From the IMG/VR virus record IMGVR_UViG_3300020409_000013: a stretch of DNA of 20,000 nt. One strand, written 5' to 3'. A program made the translations under genes and the position numbers. This DNA is from an uncultured virus (IMG/VR IMGVR_UViG_3300020409_000013). Lineage: Duplodnaviria > Heunggongvirae > Uroviricota > Caudoviricetes > Kyanoviridae. The notes under the pieces are model-generated. The model was not told the origin of the DNA and searched no databases. It was given only the letters and a program-made list of their open reading frames with translations. Positions 1 through 7,463 of this stretch are shown here, in pieces; the first letter of the stretch is position 1; the number at the start of each line of letters is the position of its first letter.

Positions 1-2504
1 TGCTTGTTAGATCTGGTGTTAACAGAGCAACTACTGTATACGGTAATCCTGATATTGAGACTCCTTACTCAGGTGGATTTATTGATGCTGATGTCCTTTA
101 CGGCACAACATCTGATGTGTTTGCTGAGATTGGATCACAGTCCTTCAACAAAGCATCCATTAGAGAGACATTCCTATATGTCAGACTTAACAATCCTTCT
201 GATCCTGGTGTATCTAAACTACAAAATGGTGAGCGTGTATTCAAATCTGGTGATGCAACTGCGATTGGTAAGATCTTACAGGTTAACTACAACTCAGGCA
301 ATACAGAAGTAATCCTTAGGGTAACTGAGAAAACAGGACCTAACTGGGCAGTTGGTGATACACTTGTTGGTGAGGATAGCACTGCAACTGCAGATGTTAC
401 TGCTATAACTGATCGTCTACTTCTTAACGTTGATCTTGGTAACTACGCTGTTGGAGATAAGATCTTTAAGAAGGCAGATAATACTGAGGCAGACATCGTA
501 TTCTACGATAATAAATCTGGTGCGATTATCGGTAACGATGGTGGTCGTGTTGTTATGGATGTTGAGACCATTCAATCTGGATGGGAAACAAGCGATATCA
601 TTTACGGTAGTCTTACTGATTACATTCTTGATGTCCAAGGTATCTACCAACCTGGTGGTGTTGCAGAGGTTAACGATATTATCCACGGCACAGAGGTTAT
701 TGAATTAGATCTTGGATCTACATTTATTGAAGCAGGTATCGCTGCTACATTCCAAGTTGGTGATGAAGTTAATATGCTTCAAGGTACTGTTATTAAGAAT
801 CCTGGTTTGACAGGTTATGTAACTAAGTATCAAGAGCCAGATCCATCAGCAACTCCTCCTGTCCCACACAAACTCTGGATTGGTAATATCCAACCTGTAG
901 GTACAGGTGCACCTGTAAGTGAGTTTACAAACTCAGGTATATTCATCGGTAAGTTTGATATCTCTACAAACTTCCCTGTTATCTACTCTAACGTAACTGC
1001 AGTAAGCAATCCACAGTATACTTCATACGCTAAGATCGCTAAGATTGAGCAGCAAGGTATTACTGCAAGAATCTGGGTTGAGCAAGCAGTTGGTGAATTC
1101 TATGACAACATGACCATCAAAGGAGATGATGGTTGGGGTGCTGCTGTTGCTGATGCACGCACACTGGTTGGACGTGTTGATCGTTACTTCAGAGGATTTG
1201 ACGGTGTGCAGCAAAACTTCTCACTATCTGTGGAGAATGGACAAGCATACTTCCCAGATCCTGCAGGACACATGCTCATCTTTGTTAATGGTATCCTACA
1301 ACCACCAGGTGCTATCAACGCATACACTGCATTCTCTGACAAGATTCAGTTTACTGAGCCACCTGAGATTGGATCTGAATTTATTGGATACTACGTTGGT
1401 AAACTAAGACAACTTGATGACATTGGATTCGAGTTTGATTCATTGAGATCTTCCTTCAACTTGAAGTTAGATGGAATCTTCTACTCCTTGACATTGACTG
1501 AAGGTGTATCTTCTGCAACGATTCTCCCAGAAAACAATATCATGGTTTCTCTCAACGGAATCATACAGGAGCCAGGCGTATCATATGAGATCGTTGGATC
1601 TAGAATTATCTTTGCTGAGGTGCCAAGAGCAGGAGCAACCTTCGTTGGATTCTCTTACATTGGATCTGATGCTGACGTTATATCTGCAACTGTTGTCCCA
1701 CCAATCGAAGCAGGTGACGAATTGGAAATCGAGGGTGAAGAATTTGGTCGTGAAGTTGCTCTGATTGAGTCTTCTAACTCCTTGATCACATTTGAATACA
1801 CTGGATCTGTTAAAGGTAGAAGTGCAGAGGCATTGGCAAACATCACTAGTGGTCAAATTGTCGCTGCTACGATTACCAATCCTGGCGATGGTTACACTTC
1901 CAAACCTAACGTTGAGGTTATCTCCTCTACTGGTTTTGACGCAAGATTGGTGCCTATGATGGGTATCCAGAGGATCGACGTAAGGACACCTGGTGTTGGT
2001 TATGCACTTCCTTTGGTTGCTGCTGAGACTACAGTTGAGGATGATTTTGTTACACCTACTGGCACACCTGTTAACGGTGGATTTGATATCTACGCGGGCG
2101 AGGGTATTGATAATCAAGGTAACCCAATCGTTGTAGAAGATGGTCTAATTAGAATTACAATCTCTCCTGTTAACGTTACTGTTAACCAAGGTCAGACTGC
2201 AGCATTTACTGTGGTTGCTGAGTTTGTAAGGGCATCCGATGGTGCGATAAATACTACTACACTCAACTACCAGTGGCAGAAGAAAGACTACGGCACAACT
2301 GTCTGGTCAAACATCATTGGTGGTAACCAAGCAACATTCAACACAGGCACTTCAAATCAACAAGATGATGGTGATGAATACAGAGTTGCAATAACAGCAG
2401 CAGGTGCAACACCTGTCTACAGTTTCTCTGCAATCTTGTCTGTCCAGATCGGCACCACAGTGATCTCTAACTTCAACCCTGCTGATATCTTTGACGACGC
2501 ATGA
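1..2504 (+). CDS. C-terminal part (5'-truncated) of a giant baseplate wedge/virion structural protein, gp7-like of T4-like cyanophages; ends in an Ig-like domain
   Basis: Frame is open from position 3 (LVRSGVNRATTVYGNPDIETP...), so the GTG at 117 is not the start. Contains modules typical of cyanophage giant baseplate proteins (LDDIGFEFDSLRSSFNL; IMVSLNGIIQEPGVSYEIVGSRIIFAEVP; ITNPGDGYTSKPNV). Lies upstream of gp8. The gp7 label is inferred from synteny and motif recall. Confidence 0.7.
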   Translation, partial: LVRSGVNRATTVYGNPDIETPYSGGFIDADVLYGTTSDVFAEIGSQSFNKASIRETFLYVRLNNPSDPGVSKLQNGERVFKSGDATAIGKILQVNYNSGNTEVILRVTEKTGPNWAVGDTLVGEDSTATADVTAITDRLLLNVDLGNYAVGDKIFKKADNTEADIVFYDNKSGAIIGNDGGRVVMDVETIQSGWETSDIIYGSLTDYILDVQGIYQPGGVAEVNDIIHGTEVIELDLGSTFIEAGIAATFQVGDEVNMLQGTVIKNPGLTGYVTKYQEPDPSATPPVPHKLWIGNIQPVGTGAPVSEFTNSGIFIGKFDISTNFPVIYSNVTAVSNPQYTSYAKIAKIEQQGITARIWVEQAVGEFYDNMTIKGDDGWGAAVADARTLVGRVDRYFRGFDGVQQNFSLSVENGQAYFPDPAGHMLIFVNGILQPPGAINAYTAFSDKIQFTEPPEIGSEFIGYYVGKLRQLDDIGFEFDSLRSSFNLKLDGIFYSLTLTEGVSSATILPENNIMVSLNGIIQEPGVSYEIVGSRIIFAEVPRAGATFVGFSYIGSDADVISATVVPPIEAGDELEIEGEEFGREVALIESSNSLITFEYTGSVKGRSAEALANITSGQIVAATITNPGDGYTSKPNVEVISSTGFDARLVPMMGIQRIDVRTPGVGYALPLVAAETTVEDDFVTPTGTPVNGGFDIYAGEGIDNQGNPIVVEDGLIRITISPVNVTVNQGQTAAFTVVAEFVRASDGAINTTTLNYQWQKKDYGTTVWSNIIGGNQATFNTGTSNQQDDGDEYRVAITAAGATPVYSFSAILSVQIGTTVISNFNPADIFDDA
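2246..2253 (+). promoter_or_regulatory. Putative T4-type (gp55) late promoter GATAAATA inside the first CDS
   Basis: Matches NATAAATA; about 250 nt upstream of the YHYH gene; formed by the codons GCG ATA AAT, of which GCG and ATA are uncommon in this window. Confidence 0.45.
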
Positions 2505-4081
2505 CCGCTACAGCATCCTACGACTCAGGCACGAAAATACTCGCCGTAACTGGTGACGGACTTCCCGATCCAGTTAGTTACGGCACCTTTCCTAACCTAA
2601 ACAATCCTAACGCAGTTACTGAGCAGGCATTTAGTCACTCATTTACTTATCGTGGTGGTGAGTTTGGTATAGAAAGGACTTTTGATGACAACACTTATTT
2701 TCAAAGTGGATTTGTTATCTCTATTAATCTTTCACTTACTGACAATGGATTATTTTCTTCCCAAACTATTGCTCCTGGCGATCATTTATTCTTTATCTTC
2801 AGTGATGGTAGGAAGCAACGATTTATATTTAGAGGGACAACGTTTACGTCCATTGCAGGGGAATGCTGGCTCGCTACAGACAATAGATTAGATCTTATTG
2901 TTGCAGATTCACAAACAATACCAACAGGCACATACACATATTACGATCAAAGAAATGGAAGAATAGAAACACCACTTGGTGCTATAGGTATTGCTGCTAA
3001 TGGTGTTGTATTTTTCAATCCTAGTGCAGGAAATGGAGGCAACCCTCCTGTTGGATTTAATTGGAATGCACATTATGAAAACTCACCTGTAGATTTTGGA
3101 GATGACTCTTGTGGAGGACATCCAGAAAATACAGGACAATATCACTATCATGATAGTCATTTTATAGATTGCTATAAGGCAAATTCTGCCATGGCAAACT
3201 ATAACGATTACTATGGTAGTAGTCAGTTTAACGGTGACAATATGCGTCACCCTGACGGACATTCAAAAATCCTAGGATACTGTTTTGATGGTTTCCCTAT
3301 TTACGGTCCTTATGCATATGATGTGCCGTTTACAGCATCACAAACAACTAGAAATATGACATCTAGTTATAGGACAAGAAATATTGAAGTGGAGAATAGA
3401 CCTGATTATGGCACCACAGCACAAAACCCTCCTGCAGGATCATTGATACAGGACTGGGAATATGTTGATGGTGTAGGTGATTTGGATATGCACAATGGAA
3501 GATTCTGTGTAACACCAGAGTTTCCAAATGGGACTTATGCATACTTTATCTCTATTGATGGAAACGGTGATCCTACATTTCCTTACATGGTTGGATCATT
3601 TAGTAGAGAGAGTTTAAGTCAACCTGCTAATAACGGAGCAGCAGCACCTCCTCCACCTCCTGCGGGAGATGGTGGTGCACCACCTGTTACACCTACGTTG
3701 CAGATTACTGCTCAACCTCAGAGCTCTACTGCAGCAGTCAACACAACTGTTACATTCACAGTCCAAGCACAGGTGTCACCAATACCTGGACCTATCTCAT
3801 ATCAGTGGTATAGATCAACTGACGATGGATTTGCATATGCTGCAGTTACTGGAGCTACAAGTAATTCCTTGTCATTTACTGCATTGGGTTACATGTCCAA
3901 CTACAAATATAAGGTTGAGTTACGAGGACCTGCACCTGCAAATAATGCAAGTAACTCACCATTGATGTCTTCTGTTGCAACACTGACAGTAACAGGATTA
4001 GGCGGTGGACAAGGTGATACTGACTTCTCATCTACCGCAGTGAAGTATGACACTACGACAGTTACATATGATGCGACCTAA
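2501..4081 (+). CDS. YHYH-domain protein with Pro-rich linker and C-terminal Ig-like domain (probable virion-associated protein)
   Basis: TPLGAIGIAANGVVFFNP, CGGHPENTGQYHYH (YHYH at 3140-3151), GHSKILGYCFDGFPIYGPY and GDLDMHNGRFCVTPEFPNGTYAYF match the YHYH family pattern. AAAPPPPPAG linker. Ig-like ITAQPQS...YQWYRS...YKVEL...ATLTV at 3698-3991. ATGA overlap with the upstream gene. Confidence 0.88.
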   Translation: MTATASYDSGTKILAVTGDGLPDPVSYGTFPNLNNPNAVTEQAFSHSFTYRGGEFGIERTFDDNTYFQSGFVISINLSLTDNGLFSSQTIAPGDHLFFIFSDGRKQRFIFRGTTFTSIAGECWLATDNRLDLIVADSQTIPTGTYTYYDQRNGRIETPLGAIGIAANGVVFFNPSAGNGGNPPVGFNWNAHYENSPVDFGDDSCGGHPENTGQYHYHDSHFIDCYKANSAMANYNDYYGSSQFNGDNMRHPDGHSKILGYCFDGFPIYGPYAYDVPFTASQTTRNMTSSYRTRNIEVENRPDYGTTAQNPPAGSLIQDWEYVDGVGDLDMHNGRFCVTPEFPNGTYAYFISIDGNGDPTFPYMVGSFSRESLSQPANNGAAAPPPPPAGDGGAPPVTPTLQITAQPQSSTAAVNTTVTFTVQAQVSPIPGPISYQWYRSTDDGFAYAAVTGATSNSLSFTALGYMSNYKYKVELRGPAPANNASNSPLMSSVATLTVTGLGGGQGDTDFSSTAVKYDTTTVTYDAT

Positions 4082-4084
4082 ATA
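4077..4084 (+). promoter_or_regulatory. Putative late promoter CCTAAATA overlapping the YHYH stop codon
   Basis: TAAATA core about 22 nt upstream of ATG 4107; CTAAATA is a variant of the T4 TATAAATA motif. Confidence 0.6.
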
Positions 4085-4106
4085 ACACTGTAGAAAACTA
4101 CCTGCC

Positions 4107-5582
4107 ATGGCTAAGCAAAATCTAAACGTTGGATCATCAGCGAATGACGGCACAGGTGATACCCTGAGAGATGGTGCTATCAAATTGAATAGCGTCATTG
4201 ATGAGTTGTATACCAACCTAGGAAATGATACCAACTTACAAGTTAATATCGGAGCACCTGTAAACGATCAAGTGTTGCGATGGACTGGCACGGCATTTAC
4301 TGAAGCACATCTCGACTCATTGAGTGCTGATCTTAATGTAAAAGCATATAAAATTATTTCTGAGAATAACGAGAATATTGTTATTGAGCCTAATGGCACT
4401 GGTGATCTACAATTTAAGGCAGGTAGTCAAGGTGCAGCAAAGGTTTATATTGACGGTGCAGATGGATATCTAAAGTATGAAGGATCATATTCAGCACTCG
4501 GAGATCTTCCTACTGCTGCAGATCATCATGGTATGTTTGCTCATGTACATGCTGAGGGTAAAGGTTATTTTGCACATGGTGGAAACTGGATCTCACTACT
4601 AGACGCCAATGATGGTATTTCTTCTCTGACAGACGTTGACACCACTGTAAATGGCGGACCTTCAAATGATCAAGTCCTCAAGTGGAATGCAAGCACATCT
4701 AAGTGGGAGCCTGGTAATGACGCTACTGCAAGTGGTGGCGGTGGCACTACACAAAACTTGTTTGAGACGTTTACAGGAGACAGTGGCACAACTACTGCAT
4801 CTGCAGCAAACGACACGTTTAATATCGTAGGTGGCACAAACATCTCTACTGCATTGGTAGGAGATACTCTTACAATTACTATGACAGGAGCACTTGGTGA
4901 TCCTGATCAAAATTTATTTGAAACATTTGGTGCTGACAATGGTAGCACAACTGCAACAGTAACTACTGACACTCTTAACTTCTTGGGTGGATCAGGTATT
5001 AGCACTAACCTCAATGCAGGTGCTATTACTATCACTAATGACTCTCCCAACATTGTCCAGAATGTAATCCAATCAATCTCAGGAGATAGTGGCACTGTAA
5101 CTGCTGCATCTTCTACTGCAGGTGTAACTATTGCGGGTGGCACAGGTATTACGACAGCAGTTAGTGGATCAACTCTTACAATTACAAACACTGCATCATT
5201 CCCATCTGCAAATGAGAATGACAACCTTGTATATGACGGTAGTCAATTCATTGCAACTGAATCACCAACCATTAGTTTTAGAATCACTAGTGATCTTTCT
5301 AACGGTTATAGATTCGATGGTGGTGGTGTCCCATCTAATACAAATAATCCAACAATATATGTCTATCGTGGATTTACCTATAGATTCAACAACACTACTG
5401 GTGGAGGTCACCCATTTGCTCTAAGACAGAGCGACGGTGGATCTGCTGTTACTGACGGTGTAAGTGGATCACAATCAGGTATCCAATTCTGGACAGTGCC
5501 TCAGACTCTTAGTGCAGGCACAACTTATGTTTATCAGTGCACCATTCATGGTGGCATGGTAGGTAATCTCGTAGTGGTTTAA
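4107..5582 (+). CDS. Baseplate wedge/tail-fibre connector-like protein (T4 gp9/gp10-type N-terminus) with His-rich motif, three ~50-aa repeats and a C-terminal cupredoxin-like domain
   Basis: N-terminus MAKQNLNVGSSANDGTGDTLRDGAIKLN is the gp9/gp10-like motif. C-terminus has HPF...YQCTIHGGM. Fibre-type DQVLKWNASTSKWEP segments are present. Confidence 0.8.
   Translation: MAKQNLNVGSSANDGTGDTLRDGAIKLNSVIDELYTNLGNDTNLQVNIGAPVNDQVLRWTGTAFTEAHLDSLSADLNVKAYKIISENNENIVIEPNGTGDLQFKAGSQGAAKVYIDGADGYLKYEGSYSALGDLPTAADHHGMFAHVHAEGKGYFAHGGNWISLLDANDGISSLTDVDTTVNGGPSNDQVLKWNASTSKWEPGNDATASGGGGTTQNLFETFTGDSGTTTASAANDTFNIVGGTNISTALVGDTLTITMTGALGDPDQNLFETFGADNGSTTATVTTDTLNFLGGSGISTNLNAGAITITNDSPNIVQNVIQSISGDSGTVTAASSTAGVTIAGGTGITTAVSGSTLTITNTASFPSANENDNLVYDGSQFIATESPTISFRITSDLSNGYRFDGGGVPSNTNNPTIYVYRGFTYRFNNTTGGGHPFALRQSDGGSAVTDGVSGSQSGIQFWTVPQTLSAGTTYVYQCTIHGGMVGNLVVV
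4752..5190 (+). repeat. Three tandem ~50-52-aa protein repeats (QNLFETF.GD.GTTTA....DT....GG..IST.....LTIT)
   Basis: Units start at 4752, 4908 and 5058 (spacing 156 and 150 nt); diverged at DNA level. Confidence 0.85.
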
Positions 5583-7426
5583 TGGCAAGAACAGTTCCTG
5601 GCTCTGGTGCAATTATTCAGCCTGAATTCAACAGTGTGTTTGGAGTCAGGGCGATTGCTGTTGTCGATGGCGGGGACGGTTATGATGCAAACGATCCACC
5701 AAAGTTAACTGTCCAAAACTGTGGCACCCCTTTGAGGGAAGCAGTATTAAGACCTATAATCCAAGATAGTAGAATACTTGCTGTTGAGATCTTAGATCCT
5801 GGTGAAGGATATGACCCTCTACGTTTAAAGATTGATTCAACAGATGCAGGTAGTGTTGGTGCACGAGGCAAAGTTTTTCTAAATGAGACTGGTGGAATTG
5901 ATTATATCCAGATGACAACTCTGGGTGATAATTATTTTGATGGCACTAGTGCTGTCATTGAAGGTGGCGGTGGATCTGGATCAGAATTAGTCCCTGTCAC
6001 TGGTGGTGTAACAGGTCTGGTTATTACCAGAGAAGGTAGAAACTATGACCTTAATGATGCTAACGTTGTTATTTCTGGTGGTGGCGGTGGTGATGGTGCA
6101 ACAGGTACTGTTACACCCAACCAATTTGGTAAAGTTACATCTATTACCCTAACAAATCAGGGTGAATTCTTTGAGACTGCACCTATTGTGCAAATCATTG
6201 GTGGTGGAGGAAAGGGTGCTGCAGCAAATGCAACCATTGACCTTGGTGCTATTACCAGTATAGATCTTACTAACAAAGGTAATGGATATACTAATAGTCC
6301 TAAAGTTGTATTTGCTAGAGATACCAACCTCATTCGTAAACAACGCAATAGGCAAAGTCTTAATAGTGTTGTTTATAATCTTACTGGTCTCATTTCAGAT
6401 GTGGCACCTAGTGATGACACCATTAATGTTGAGACTACAGCAGCGTATCCTGGCTCAGGTAAATTCTTGGTTGGGAAGGAAATCGTCAGATACACTGGTA
6501 AAACATCAACCTCCTTTACTGGACTCGACAGGGGTATCAACTTTAGATTTGATCAAAAAGTTATTCTTGACAACTTGCAAGACGATGCTAATGGAGTTTC
6601 GCAGTATTCGTTTGAGGTTACCGACCAAGTAAAACGTTTTGTTGCTAGTGCTACTAGTAGGGTTGCCATTGTTTACGACTGGGATCCTGTAGCACATGCT
6701 CTATTTCTAACCTTTGAGGTTGACGAGCTAGCATTTATTGATGGTGGTAATTCATCTGATAAGACTGCATCGATTCAATTTGTTGCAGGTAGTGCACAAT
6801 CTAGTGGCACAGGTGTATCACCACACGTTATTATTGATAGTGCAGGTAACGACATTGTTACTTTTACAGATCCTTTATCAGTAATCTTAAACAAAGCGTT
6901 TGAGGATGATGATGAATTAGACGGAGTAGGTGACGGTATTATTGACCTCGTAAATACTGGCACAGAATTTGAAAATGATATCAACCTAGACGGTGGTATC
7001 GCATCATCTAAATATGGTATTGAGGAAGAATTAGGTGGACAGAATATCACCTTATTCCAAGCTGCGGACAAACTATACGACGGAAATAGTCCACCGCAAC
7101 TTGCAACTGTTGTTACTGCAGGCGTTTTGGGTGACGGAGACACCCATCAATCCTTCGGTGCAATGACTGTAAGAAATAGAAACACAACAGCGTATTCTCT
7201 TAACGAAATTGTAACTGGTCAATCGACTGGTGTTACTGCAACCTTTAAAGGTATAACAGCAGGCGAGAGAGATGGTGAATTTATTATCAATGTTGAATCT
7301 ATAACCCCATCAAACACAAATAATAAGTTTAGTGCGGGCGAAACCATACAAGGTCAAGGATCAGGTGCAACAAGCACACACATCTTTACTGAGTATACAA
7401 CCAGAGTCCGAAATGAGGACGATTAA
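5582..7426 (+). CDS. Virion structural (baseplate-associated) protein, 614 aa
   Basis: Repeated I.(V/L)...G.GY...P.(V/L).I.GGGG.GA units typical of cyanophage baseplate proteins; TAATG coupling with the upstream gene; immediately upstream of gp8. Confidence 0.75.
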   Translation: MARTVPGSGAIIQPEFNSVFGVRAIAVVDGGDGYDANDPPKLTVQNCGTPLREAVLRPIIQDSRILAVEILDPGEGYDPLRLKIDSTDAGSVGARGKVFLNETGGIDYIQMTTLGDNYFDGTSAVIEGGGGSGSELVPVTGGVTGLVITREGRNYDLNDANVVISGGGGGDGATGTVTPNQFGKVTSITLTNQGEFFETAPIVQIIGGGGKGAAANATIDLGAITSIDLTNKGNGYTNSPKVVFARDTNLIRKQRNRQSLNSVVYNLTGLISDVAPSDDTINVETTAAYPGSGKFLVGKEIVRYTGKTSTSFTGLDRGINFRFDQKVILDNLQDDANGVSQYSFEVTDQVKRFVASATSRVAIVYDWDPVAHALFLTFEVDELAFIDGGNSSDKTASIQFVAGSAQSSGTGVSPHVIIDSAGNDIVTFTDPLSVILNKAFEDDDELDGVGDGIIDLVNTGTEFENDINLDGGIASSKYGIEEELGGQNITLFQAADKLYDGNSPPQLATVVTAGVLGDGDTHQSFGAMTVRNRNTTAYSLNEIVTGQSTGVTATFKGITAGERDGEFIINVESITPSNTNNKFSAGETIQGQGSGATSTHIFTEYTTRVRNEDD

Positions 7427-7432
7427 AAACTC

Positions 7433-7440
7433 CATAAATA
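7433..7440 (+). promoter_or_regulatory. Late promoter CATAAATA upstream of gp8
   Basis: NATAAATA match in the 37-nt intergenic gap, followed by GGAG (7448-7451) and ATG 7464. Confidence 0.75.
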
Positions 7441-7463
7441 AAGTGTGGGAGACCTATAGCTAA

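Noticed and set aside
117..119. GTG start proposed for the first CDS
   Set aside because: The frame is open to the window edge and the upstream residues continue the same module pattern, so the gene is 5'-truncated.
2495..2510. Programmed frameshift fusing the first CDS to the YHYH gene
   Set aside because: No slippery heptamer seen; the ATGA overlap is explained by ordinary translational coupling.
5343..5582. Calling the copper-ligand domain an auxiliary metabolic petE gene
   Set aside because: It is the C-terminus of a 491-aa structural protein with no export signal, not a free plastocyanin.
7430..7451. CTCC...GGAG hairpin enclosing the gp8 late promoter and SD (T4-style translational sequestration)
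   Set aside because: Only ~4 contiguous base pairs; too weak to support without folding or conservation data.
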